Notes: generated from the sequence alone by a model not told the origin. DNA of 20,000 nucleotides from an uncultured virus (IMG/VR IMGVR_UViG_3300005965_000003) (IMGVR_UViG_3300005965_000003), one strand, 5' to 3'; positions 1 through 7,856 are shown, numbered from the stretch's first letter. Numbers and translations are program-made.

Positions 1-336
1 GAGCAGAGTGCTAAGAACGTCGCAAGTTATATAAGAAAAGGTGGGTTTTTTGTTTTCAATACTTTTAACGTGAGACCCCCAGAGGCTCCAATACCAATCG
101 AGTATAACGATGACGAAGGGAATTCATATACTGAGATTTCCTATATCCCGAATCCGTCCAGTGATAAAGACTATGAAAAAGTGGTACACATCCAAATAAG
201 GTCTGGGCACCTGCCGCATGTATCATCCTTTTTCTGGGTGTCTCCTAGAAAATTCCGTGAGTTCCTGGAACCCCATTTCACTACGGTGACGGAACTGACG
301 GAAGGCCGCACATCATTTTATTTCTGTTTAAAATAG
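1..336 (+). CDS. C-terminal part of a probable class I SAM-dependent methyltransferase (5' end outside window)
   Basis: Frame is open from base 1 (EQSAKNVASYIRKGGFFVFNTFNV...). IRKGGFFVFNTF resembles the L-x-P-G-G-x-hydrophobic strand motif of class I methyltransferases. Confidence 0.55.
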   Translation, partial: EQSAKNVASYIRKGGFFVFNTFNVRPPEAPIPIEYNDDEGNSYTEISYIPNPSSDKDYEKVVHIQIRSGHLPHVSSFFWVSPRKFREFLEPHFTTVTELTEGRTSFYFCLK

Positions 337-337
337 T

Positions 338-787
338 ATGAGACTTAAGTTAGAGTTAGTTCCAAAAACAGTTTTTTGTAAGAACCTACGAAACAAACTA
401 GGCCAATCACGATGGTCCTCCTTATCAAAACAGGTGAGGGCGGCGAATCACTACACCTGCCAGTACTGCGGTGCTAAGGAAGACAGGTCAAAGGGTTTTT
501 ACACGCATCTTCACGAGGTCTGGGAGTATGATGACGAGAACCATGTTCAAAGGTTAGACCGCTTTGAATGCCTTTGCCCAAACTGTCACTCGGTACATCA
601 TTGGGGTCTTTCTCAGATACGAGGGCTCAATATGGATTTTCTTTTAGCACACGCTTGCAAAGTAAACGAGTGTGCCAAAGAGGAATTTAAAAATCATATA
701 TATGAGTCATTCAAGAGATGGCGGGATAGATCTGCCGAAACCTCTTGGAAACTCGATTTAGGTACGTACGAGGAACTTTTCAAATGA
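338..787 (+). CDS. HNH endonuclease family protein (zinc-binding)
   Basis: CQYC ... LHEVW ... LCPNCHSVHH pattern. Confidence 0.8.
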   Translation: MRLKLELVPKTVFCKNLRNKLGQSRWSSLSKQVRAANHYTCQYCGAKEDRSKGFYTHLHEVWEYDDENHVQRLDRFECLCPNCHSVHHWGLSQIRGLNMDFLLAHACKVNECAKEEFKNHIYESFKRWRDRSAETSWKLDLGTYEELFK

Positions 788-850
788 AAAGACAAATAAT
801 AGACTCGACAAAAACAGACGTTAGAAATACAAAAATGATCCATTCAGGTA

Positions 851-1043
851 GGGTTAGAGATCGATAGAGATCTAAACGCAGCTCAAAACATATTGCGGCA
901 GGGTTTGCCGTCAAAGCTTGTGGAGAGGCAAGCTCTGGTACTCCAGCCTTCGCTGGTTTACGAAACTGGCCTCTGGGAAACAAGAAATTAACTTAAAACT
1001 TAAAGGGCATAGAAAGGTGTCCCTTTAAACTTTTTATAAGTTT
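851..1043 (+). mobile_element. tnpB: IS200/IS605/IS607-type TnpB relic: C-terminal fragment plus right-end/omegaRNA-like hairpin
   Basis: 851-991 translates to GLEIDRDLNAAQNILRQGLPSKLVERQAL...ETRN*, containing the DRDxNAAxNI RuvC-III motif. No start codon in frame (TAG at 848-850). Followed by hairpin TTAAAGGG(1000-1007)/CCCTTTAA(1021-1028), extended by AACTTA/TAAGTT. Confidence 0.8.
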
Positions 1044-1060
1044 AATAAACCAGGCCTATT

Positions 1061-1717
1061 ATGATGACTGATGCACAAAGAGATTCACTAATAGAAGAAG
1101 TCGTTACACAATTCATCGAAGACGAAGAGATGTTTACCTCTGTGGACATCGCAAATACCATCAAAAAAGAAGGAATTTGGATCCGGAACATCGAGGTTAG
1201 GGATTGGCTCAGAGAAAATGCCGATGACGCCGATATCTTCGGTGACTACGAGTACGGACCAATCCTGGTATGTAATGGGGCTCGTCACGCAACCGTTTAC
1301 TATCCCAGTTACAGAAACCCTCAAGAGTATGAGCCCACCAACCAGAAAGCTCTTACCCCCTCTGAAGTTGAAGCTATCCACAGGTCAAGGCATCCGGGCA
1401 CCAATACCCCAACTGCTAAAGATTCTGACGGAAAGGCCGTAGACCTTCTAGATCTCCTTGATGATGTTGAAATGGAGAGGGTTATCGCTTCGTCCGAACG
1501 CATCAAGATTCCCGGGGCTATGATCCGGAAACTCGGATACAAACCGGGGGACACTGTTGATCCTTCCATTATCAAAACGCACTCTCCGATACCGAAGCGG
1601 TTGAAGGTGAACAAAGATTACAGGCTCAGTATTCCTAGGACTTGTGTGAACTGGTCCAATAATCCTATTAAGGTGAAGCTGAAGGAAAATAAAGAAATCA
1701 TCTTTGAAAAAGCATAA
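1061..1717 (+). CDS. Hypothetical protein with C-terminal AbrB/SpoVT-like DNA-binding repeats
   Basis: 218 aa. ERIKIPGAMIRKLGYKPGDTV fits the AbrB pattern R-I-x-I-P-x-x-x-R-x-x-L-G-x-x-x-G-D, and DYRLSIPR is a second copy. Confidence 0.55.
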   Translation: MMTDAQRDSLIEEVVTQFIEDEEMFTSVDIANTIKKEGIWIRNIEVRDWLRENADDADIFGDYEYGPILVCNGARHATVYYPSYRNPQEYEPTNQKALTPSEVEAIHRSRHPGTNTPTAKDSDGKAVDLLDLLDDVEMERVIASSERIKIPGAMIRKLGYKPGDTVDPSIIKTHSPIPKRLKVNKDYRLSIPRTCVNWSNNPIKVKLKENKEIIFEKA

Positions 1718-1723
1718 GCTTTT

Positions 1724-1841
1724 GGGCGGTGTGAGCCAAAGGGGCTGAATACACGGCCCTTTGCTTTAAGGCAAATTCAATTCTTTAAAACGGATCTAAG
1801 ATCTGTAGGAAGAATAAACCTGCCAGCTCCACCGCCTTTTT
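1724..1841 (+). ncRNA. Candidate structured intergenic RNA (multi-stem, ends in U-tract)
   Basis: Closing stem GGCGGTG-t-GAGC (1725-1736) / GCTC-CACCGCC (1826-1836). Inner hairpins at 1737-1763 and 1790-1806. T-run at 1837-1841. Confidence 0.5.
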
Positions 1842-1855
1842 AATCTTGAGGAAAA

Positions 1856-1924
1856 ATGGTAAGAATATTTTATAAAATTGGATTTATTACTATTTATACT
1901 AATCACGAATACGCGAGATACTGA
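1856..1924 (+). CDS. Small 22-aa ORF (MVRIFYKIGFITIYTNHEYARY)
   Basis: GAGG RBS at 1848-1851. Its TGA overlaps the macrodomain ATG (TGATG). Confidence 0.4.
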   Translation: MVRIFYKIGFITIYTNHEYARY

Positions 1925-2451
1925 TGCTACACTATATAATCGGAAACGCCCTAAAGCCCGTAAAGAAACCGGCTGCAATTTTGCATGTGTGCAACGACAT
2001 AGGTGGATGGGGAGCAGGCTTTGTAGTCGCTATATCTCAGATAGATAAAAGACCCGAGCAAGCCTATAGACGTTGGTACGCCGAGGGTAAGCCAGCCGGA
2101 TGCCCTGAGCCCTTCGCTCTGGGAAACATACAAAGTGTTCCTATAAAAGATGGTATAACTATAGTAAACATGATTGGACAACATGGCACGGCTCCCCAGA
2201 ACGGAGTACCTCCTATACGTTACGAGGCCCTTGAGAGATGTCTTTCAAAAGTATATTCAAAAATAAAGACCGGAGGCACCGTACATATGCCTCGAATAGG
2301 AGCCGGTCTGGCTGGTGGTAACTGGGAAAAAATAGAGGGCATTATAAAAAAGAGTATGACTGTAACCACCTTTGTTTATACTCTTCCTCACGAAGTAAAA
2401 AAATTCCCTCTTCCTTCCTATATTCACGCCGAAGATTATGAAAATGAATAA
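1924..2451 (+). CDS. Macrodomain (ADP-ribose binding/hydrolase, Appr-1-p processing family)
   Basis: HVCNDIGGWGAGFVVAI and MPRIGAGLAGGNW macrodomain loops. Confidence 0.9.
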   Translation: MLHYIIGNALKPVKKPAAILHVCNDIGGWGAGFVVAISQIDKRPEQAYRRWYAEGKPAGCPEPFALGNIQSVPIKDGITIVNMIGQHGTAPQNGVPPIRYEALERCLSKVYSKIKTGGTVHMPRIGAGLAGGNWEKIEGIIKKSMTVTTFVYTLPHEVKKFPLPSYIHAEDYENE

Positions 2452-2995
2452 GTATAGAGCAACGCTAGAGCTTACAAAGGTATTTAATTTTAAGAATGAG
2501 CCCGAACTCTGCATAAGAGTCATAGACCTCATATCAACCACCTCCGAGAAAATCAGCTATCAGCATTACAAAAAGGTTGAAGAAGAAATAGAGGGTATGA
2601 ATTACAGCCCTTCTGAAGTTAAGAGAATTCACATTGATGCCTTATCAGAGGAATTTTATTATAACGCTGAAGCAGATATAGAGATATCTTACTGTAATTC
2701 CATGGATTATTGGTCCGGGGCTAGAGAGACCGATATTTATGTGGATATATCTATTATAGATTATGAGAAACGTGGGAAAGTCACAGATAGCTCTTTCGAA
2801 CCAGAAGTTTACCAGGAATTCCCTAAGTTTTATGTTGAAAACAACAACGGTGGCAACTTCATTAAAATAGCCAGATTGAATAATGATAAGCTACTTGTAC
2901 ACGTAGCTCAGTCTTGTGTAAGTAGAAAGTACACAATACAAACAAATAGACTTTGTGGCATGCTAATGGATATAGACTTTTCGAAAAAAGATTAA
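2438..2995 (+). CDS. Hypothetical protein
   Basis: 185-aa ORF overlapping the upstream stop, same strand as neighbours. Confidence 0.7.
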   Translation: MKMNKYRATLELTKVFNFKNEPELCIRVIDLISTTSEKISYQHYKKVEEEIEGMNYSPSEVKRIHIDALSEEFYYNAEADIEISYCNSMDYWSGARETDIYVDISIIDYEKRGKVTDSSFEPEVYQEFPKFYVENNNGGNFIKIARLNNDKLLVHVAQSCVSRKYTIQTNRLCGMLMDIDFSKKD

Positions 2996-3015
2996 CAAAA
3001 AAAATAGGGACGGCT

Positions 3016-3531
3016 ATGAGTAAACTTTGTATTGGACTGTTCGGCACCTGTGGGAAAAGTACCTGGAGAAAACCATTTATAAGGGAATACCAAAACCGGG
3101 GCATGGTTGAGGGGATCAACTTTTTTAACCCCCAAGTAGAAAATTGGGATCCTTCATGCGCTGAGATAGAGACAGAGCACCTGGCTGAAGACTCAATTAT
3201 CCTTTTTCCGGTAACCAGCGAGACTTATGCCTTTGGTAGTCTTTCAGAAGTAGGGTTCTCAATTCTGAGTGCAATAAAGCTGGATGATCGAAGAGATATC
3301 GTAATCTTGATAGACCAACATCTAGATCCTGAACTTATGAAAGACGAGAGCCAAGCAAAAGATTCCTTGCGGTCGAGGGCTCTGGTAAAACAGCATTTGA
3401 AAAAGCTGAGACATAATAATCTTTATGTCGTTAATACGTTGGAGGAGATGTTTGATCTTAGTCTTATTCTGTATCAGTCGCAGGAGCTTCTGGTAAATTA
3501 CCAGAAACAATTTAACCCAAAAAATAAGTAG
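3016..3531 (+). CDS. Nucleoside 2-deoxyribosyltransferase-like (NDT-fold) protein
   Basis: IGLFGTCGKSTWR ... FFNPQVENW ... E ... ILF ... GSLSEVG pattern. Start moved to ATG 3016 (AGGGA RBS). Confidence 0.7.
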   Translation: MSKLCIGLFGTCGKSTWRKPFIREYQNRGMVEGINFFNPQVENWDPSCAEIETEHLAEDSIILFPVTSETYAFGSLSEVGFSILSAIKLDDRRDIVILIDQHLDPELMKDESQAKDSLRSRALVKQHLKKLRHNNLYVVNTLEEMFDLSLILYQSQELLVNYQKQFNPKNK

Positions 3532-3539
3532 GGATAAAG

Positions 3540-4127
3540 ATGAGAGTACTAACGAAAAAAGTTATCAAAGAAACAGCTCCGGTAAACCTCATAGAAGCTA
3601 AATTTGAGGATCAAAATGGAGAAGTTAAGCCGTGGGTATATGTCGAACGAAAGAAAAATCAATTTGCCGTATTTGTTGTAGCAATCATTAAAGACTCTCC
3701 GGCTCCTGTTAGTGCTAAGACCTTTATTGAGTCCCCTCAATTGATTCTAAACAAAGAATATAGGGTTCCTATCCAAGCTTACTGCTACGATCTCCCCGCT
3801 GGGTTAGCCGAGATCAACGAATCCCCCATTGAAGCAGCTAAACGGGAACTGCTGGAAGAAACAGGCTACGAGCTCTCTGAAATACTCAGCGTCTCACCAA
3901 GAAATTACTCGTCCCCGGGGATTACTAACGAGTACTGTTATATCGTATACGGATATGCCTCTCCTGTGAGAAAAGAAACCGCACGGGAAGCTTCCGAGGA
4001 TATACATACGGTACTGGTGAATAGAGATGAAGCCCAGCACATTTTAGATAACCCTAATTTAAATCTGGGCACCAGAGCTTATATGTCCTTACGACAGTTC
4101 GTCTCAGAAGGTCTTTTTAGGAGATAG
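3540..4127 (+). CDS. Nudix hydrolase, ADP-ribose pyrophosphatase (NudF)-like
   Basis: Nudix box GLAEINESPIEAAKRELLEETGY, upstream EYRVPI..YDLPAG, downstream SSPGITNE. Confidence 0.88.
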   Translation: MRVLTKKVIKETAPVNLIEAKFEDQNGEVKPWVYVERKKNQFAVFVVAIIKDSPAPVSAKTFIESPQLILNKEYRVPIQAYCYDLPAGLAEINESPIEAAKRELLEETGYELSEILSVSPRNYSSPGITNEYCYIVYGYASPVRKETAREASEDIHTVLVNRDEAQHILDNPNLNLGTRAYMSLRQFVSEGLFRR

Positions 4128-4128
4128 T

Positions 4129-4359
4129 ATGCTACCTACACCGGCAATAACAGAAATTATTGAGGCCTGGTCCGCTTCTAATGGTATAGATATAGGGATA
4201 AAGGATGCCATTAAACTTGCTACTATGATTGAGAAGAAAATAGTTACCGAATATCCCCATACGGTACAGTGTCGTTGTGGTAATGCGGCAACCTACCACC
4301 TATGTACATACCATTATTTTAATGATATGTTAAAAAAGGATATTACTAAAGAAGAATGA
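4129..4359 (+). CDS. Small hypothetical protein with possible zinc-binding motif
   Basis: CRCG...HLCTYH, tightly packed behind the Nudix gene. Confidence 0.6.
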   Translation: MLPTPAITEIIEAWSASNGIDIGIKDAIKLATMIEKKIVTEYPHTVQCRCGNAATYHLCTYHYFNDMLKKDITKEE

Positions 4360-4414
4360 ACTGTCCTGCGATATTCGTTAATTCATTGTTTAAATTCTTT
4401 TTAATTAATCTTAC

Positions 4415-4428
4415 CTAAAAAGTATATT
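4415..4428 (+). promoter_or_regulatory. Candidate phage promoter motif AAAAAGTATATT
   Basis: Intergenic, just upstream of the HPr-like gene. Recurs at 12778-12792 and, with one mismatch, at 15033-15046. Confidence 0.4.
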
Positions 4429-4437
4429 GATTCTGGT

Positions 4438-4725
4438 ATGATAGAGAGAAAAGTTACAGTCAAAATAGAACACGGATTACATGCTCGCCCTTGCTGTTCA
4501 ATCGTGGAAAAACGGCTTAAGTGCGATCTTGAAGAAGCTTCAATGACTAAAATATCTACCGGTATGACCGTAGATATGAATAGTATCATAAATATGTTGC
4601 TTCTCGTCGGTAATGAAGGGGATGAGTATGTGCTTAGAGCAAAAGTAAAGGATGAAGAACAATTTATTGAGTACGTTGAAGAACTCCTCAGTAAAAGAGA
4701 TCCGTTCATCAAAAAACTTAGCTGA
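4438..4725 (+). CDS. HPr-family PTS phosphocarrier-like protein
   Basis: GLHARP with His exactly at residue 15. VDMNSIINMLLL matches the HPr Ser46 region (Ser49 here). 95 aa. Confidence 0.8.
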   Translation: MIERKVTVKIEHGLHARPCCSIVEKRLKCDLEEASMTKISTGMTVDMNSIINMLLLVGNEGDEYVLRAKVKDEEQFIEYVEELLSKRDPFIKKLS

Positions 4726-4879
4726 AAAAATAGATGAGATTCTTTATAAGTATGCTATGATAGTCGCTTCGTGCGAAAGGGTTTTGGATCTTAATGACTA
4801 CGAAGAGATTAAGCGCAACTGCAAAAGAATAGCTAAAGCACAAAAACAAACCAGAGAGCAAATCCTCTCACTTCTTTAA
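4652..4879 (+). CDS. Hypothetical helical protein (start uncertain)
   Basis: Fills the gap between the HPr-like and nicotinamidase-like genes. Its stop overlaps the next RBS. Confidence 0.45.
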   Translation: MKNNLLSTLKNSSVKEIRSSKNLAEKIDEILYKYAMIVASCERVLDLNDYEEIKRNCKRIAKAQKQTREQILSLL

Positions 4880-4888
4880 GGAGTACTT

Positions 4889-5692
4889 ATGCCGAGCAAG
4901 ATCGTACTGCTGTCGATTGATCCTCAAAACGACTTCTGCGACCCGAATGGAGCCCTTTCGGTCTCCGGGGCGGACAAAGACATGGAGCGCCTCGCTTCCA
5001 TGGTAAAAAAGAACAAATCCAAGATTGATGATATCTTTGTCACTCTTGACTCCCACCGTACCGTCCATGTCGCCCATCCCATCTGGTGGGTAAATACCGA
5101 CGGCGAGCACCCGGCTCCATTTACCATCATCAACAAGGATGATGTTTGCGGAAGCAATCCTCAGTGGCGCTCCTACAATCCGGGATACCAGAAATGGTCG
5201 GAATACTACGTCAGCAAGCTGGCGGAAAACAACCGCTACCCGCTTTGTGTCTGGCCCCCACACTGTTTGATCGGGAGTTGGGGACATGCCATTTACCCGG
5301 TGCTTTTTGAGGCACTCTGTGAGTGGGAACATCAGTACGCCACAGTGAACTATGTCACCAAGGGTAGCAACATCCGCACGGAGCACTACAGTGCCATGCA
5401 GGCAGACGTCCAGGATTCCGATGATAACACCACGGGACTCAATACCAAATTGATTGAGGAGCTCCAGACGGCTGATATTATCGCTATCTCGGGGGAAGCC
5501 AGCAGCCACTGCGTGAAGCACACGGTAATGGATATCGCCAACAATTTTGGCGAAGAGAACATTACCAAGTTCGTCTACCTTGAGGACACAAGCTCTCCTG
5601 TCCCGGGATTCGAGGCTGAGGCCGAGAGTTTTATCAAAGAAATGACTGATCGAGGAATGAAGCTCGCCAAAGCCGAAGATTTTCTTTCTTAA
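4889..5692 (+). CDS. Nicotinamidase / isochorismatase-family cysteine hydrolase (PncA-like)
   Basis: IDPQNDF (catalytic Asp), DSH and WPPHC (metal ligands), TKG (Lys), GEASSHCV (nucleophilic Cys). Strong RBS TAAGGAG. Confidence 0.88.
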   Translation: MPSKIVLLSIDPQNDFCDPNGALSVSGADKDMERLASMVKKNKSKIDDIFVTLDSHRTVHVAHPIWWVNTDGEHPAPFTIINKDDVCGSNPQWRSYNPGYQKWSEYYVSKLAENNRYPLCVWPPHCLIGSWGHAIYPVLFEALCEWEHQYATVNYVTKGSNIRTEHYSAMQADVQDSDDNTTGLNTKLIEELQTADIIAISGEASSHCVKHTVMDIANNFGEENITKFVYLEDTSSPVPGFEAEAESFIKEMTDRGMKLAKAEDFLS

Positions 5693-5729
5693 GAAATATC
5701 AAATACAAATAATATCATAAGGAGTACTC

Positions 5730-6467
5730 ATGCCTAAATTGATGGGTAATGAAGTAAAAACCCCCACAGGTTTTACCTACAGCGGAGTTGGCGTTGAAGA
5801 TCTCGGTGCCTCGGAATACACTCTGGTCGTGATCGCCCAGGACACATCGACATCGGTCGAGGATTACAAGAAAGAGATGGAAGACTGCCTCAAACAGATT
5901 CTCGATGCTTGTAAGAAATCGCCTCGTTCCGAAAACCTTCTGCTCCGATTGATGGAGTTTAATTCTCAAGTAGGGGAGCTCCACGGCTACCGGGAGCTCA
6001 GCAAGGTTGATCCCAGCGAATACGATAACCTTCTGGATCCGCGTGGTTGGACCGCTCTTTATGACGGCACCATGGATGCCCTGGAATCGGTAGACGGATA
6101 TAGCAGGCAGCTCGGTGATATGGATTACCTCTGTAATGCTATCGTCTTCGTTATCACCGATGGCGGTGAGAACAAATCCAGGATTTCCACAACCAATATG
6201 ATTCGTGATAAGATCAAAGAGATCAAATCCGAATCGAACATGAATCTGGAATCGCTGAAGGTCATCCTTGTTGGTGTGGGGACAGATCCCTATGTCATGG
6301 ACGCCCTGGAAAGATTCGAGAACGAAACTGAGCTGGATCAATTCGTAAAGATCGGAGAGGCTACTCCCGGAAAGCTGGCTAAGCTGGCTGCTTTCGTGAG
6401 TCAAAGTGTATCCTCAACTTCTCAGGCGTTAGGCACCGGTGGCCCGTCGCAAAGTCTAACATTCTAA
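5730..6467 (+). CDS. vWA-domain protein (TerY-like)
   Basis: MIDAS motif DTSTS ... GWTALYD ... ITDGGEN. Strong RBS TAAGGAG. Confidence 0.88.
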   Translation: MPKLMGNEVKTPTGFTYSGVGVEDLGASEYTLVVIAQDTSTSVEDYKKEMEDCLKQILDACKKSPRSENLLLRLMEFNSQVGELHGYRELSKVDPSEYDNLLDPRGWTALYDGTMDALESVDGYSRQLGDMDYLCNAIVFVITDGGENKSRISTTNMIRDKIKEIKSESNMNLESLKVILVGVGTDPYVMDALERFENETELDQFVKIGEATPGKLAKLAAFVSQSVSSTSQALGTGGPSQSLTF

Positions 6468-6469
6468 CG

Positions 6470-6536
6470 AAAGTATGCCCCCGAGGTTGCTCCTGGACTC
6501 CCAACCATAGCTAATACCAAAGGGGCATACTTTTTT
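6470..6536 (+). terminator. Long hairpin plus U-tract after the vWA gene (terminator-like)
   Basis: 12-bp stem AAAGTATGCCCC (6470-6481) / GGGGCATACTTT (6522-6533), inner GGTTG/CAACC stem, T-run at 6531-6536. Confidence 0.55.
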
Positions 6537-6643
6537 GCGCACATACCTATAGGGCCCTCCGGGGGGCCGGGTCATGGGTGAAACGACACGCACTGCCGCC
6601 CATGCTCACTGCCCTGCAGTGCTGGTGAGATGTGCGCTCTTTT
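6537..6643 (+). ncRNA. Candidate structured RNA: four-way junction with possible loop-loop pseudoknot (strand not certain)
   Basis: GCGCACAT (6537-6544) / ATGTGCGC (6630-6637) closes three hairpins (6553-6568, 6573-6604, 6605-6629). Strongly GC-rich against the background. Confidence 0.55.
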
Positions 6644-6649
6644 AATACT

Positions 6650-7267
6650 ATGAAAACAAAAGAACTAATTAAGCTATTACAGGAAGAGGACCCGTCCGGA
6701 GAAGCTCATGTACGGATGCCGGGGGGTGTTCCGGTACATGTAGAACTTAAAGAAGGTTACTATGATGGCCCTTACTCATATATTGATGAAGATGGAAATT
6801 TTGTAGAGACTGATAATGGTGAGAAGGTCGATGTCTACTGTACCGATCTAGAAGAATTTGTCTGGGAAAATAAGGGCGACCTTTCCAAGATAAAAGTGGA
6901 TTTTGATTGTTTTAAAGATCGAAAAGAATCTGTTTTAGCAGAAGCTAAAAAGTACGCCGACCGCTATAAAAGCTTCCAAGAGACTCAAGAAGCTTCTTTA
7001 TATATGGAGATCTCCCGTAATATAGCAAACGGGTACCAGATCATTCAAGCACACTCAAAGCAAAATCCCGAACATTCTGGTTTTTGGTATATAAAGGACT
7101 TGGATAAATTTCAGTATGAGGACAAGCATGGTGTCCGGGTGAACAACGAAAACCAAAAAACGCTATGTATGGGTGCAGAAAGATTTATAGAAAAAAGTGG
7201 ATTCTTCCAGCACACGGTCTATGGGGACTTAAAAGTATGGCATTTATGTTTAAGAAGAAACGACTAA
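6650..7267 (+). CDS. Hypothetical phage protein
   Basis: ATG 6650 preferred (MKTKELIKLLQEEDPSGE..., an N-terminus typical of phage proteins), GYYDGPY motif. Confidence 0.75.
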   Translation: MKTKELIKLLQEEDPSGEAHVRMPGGVPVHVELKEGYYDGPYSYIDEDGNFVETDNGEKVDVYCTDLEEFVWENKGDLSKIKVDFDCFKDRKESVLAEAKKYADRYKSFQETQEASLYMEISRNIANGYQIIQAHSKQNPEHSGFWYIKDLDKFQYEDKHGVRVNNENQKTLCMGAERFIEKSGFFQHTVYGDLKVWHLCLRRND

Positions 7268-7521
7268 GATTCCAACGCTACGCAGCTCTAATAAGAGATG
7301 TAGCTCGAACTGCTTCAGAAGAAAGAGCTGCTAAGTGTGGCTTTGACCTGATGTGTGGCCTCGCGGCAGGGGATTCTGACAAGAGAGAAAACTCCTGGAA
7401 AGCTTACCTGGTAAATTACGTAAAGGGCCAATCCATAACTGAAGAAGAAGAACGAGATGGTGTTTGGGTACCCGCTATTTTTTACGATATCAAAAATATG
7501 TACAATAAAAAGAAAAAGTAA
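7237..7521 (+). CDS. Hypothetical protein
   Basis: ORF in the operon. ATG 7237 reduces overlap with the upstream gene. Confidence 0.6.
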   Translation: MAFMFKKKRLRFQRYAALIRDVARTASEERAAKCGFDLMCGLAAGDSDKRENSWKAYLVNYVKGQSITEEEERDGVWVPAIFYDIKNMYNKKKK

Positions 7522-7535
7522 TTAGGAGAACTTTG

Positions 7536-7856
7536 ATGCCGCGAGTGAAGCATGAGTTTTATTGCACCTGTTGCTCTAAGTATTTTGATGTAAAACTCAA
7601 TATGAAGCTTGAGGGTAACTACCGGATACACTGCCCTAACTGTGGACATATTCATTATAGACAGGTTGTAAAAGGGGAGATTACCGACACAAGATTCCCC
7701 CAAAACGATAGCCAGATTCTGATAGAGGACATTTACCCAATGAAATCCTCATGTAGGGATTTTCAAAAGGAAACCGCAGAAGACTCGGATTTTAGCCCTG
7801 CACCAGAGGGCTTTATGAAAAGACTTTGGGCTGACCGGTTTTCTTGGAAGGAGTAG
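7536..7856 (+). CDS. Zinc-ribbon protein
   Basis: CTCC ... CPNCGHIH, with AGGAG RBS. Confidence 0.7.
   Translation: MPRVKHEFYCTCCSKYFDVKLNMKLEGNYRIHCPNCGHIHYRQVVKGEITDTRFPQNDSQILIEDIYPMKSSCRDFQKETAEDSDFSPAPEGFMKRLWADRFSWKE

Noticed and set aside
780..983. 67-aa minus-strand ORF
   Set aside because: The informative reading is the + strand TnpB C-terminal motif.
2953..3015. N-terminal extensions given by the ORF track (also at 6632, 7165, 7844, 19866)
   Set aside because: Downstream starts fit the RBS positions or gene packing better and avoid overlap with neighbouring features.
4356..4418. 20-aa ORF MNCPAIFVNSLFKFFLINLT
   Set aside because: It lies in an AT-rich promoter-like gap, and the ATGA overlap is its only support.
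4868..6404. Long antisense ORFs 4868-5521 (217 aa) and 5715-6404 (229 aa)
   Set aside because: They shadow well-supported + strand enzymes, have no motifs, and are explained by the codon bias of the sense genes.
6537..6643. tRNA or tRNA-Sec
   Set aside because: The cloverleaf-like layout lacks a TTC T-loop, a 7-nt anticodon loop and a CCA end.
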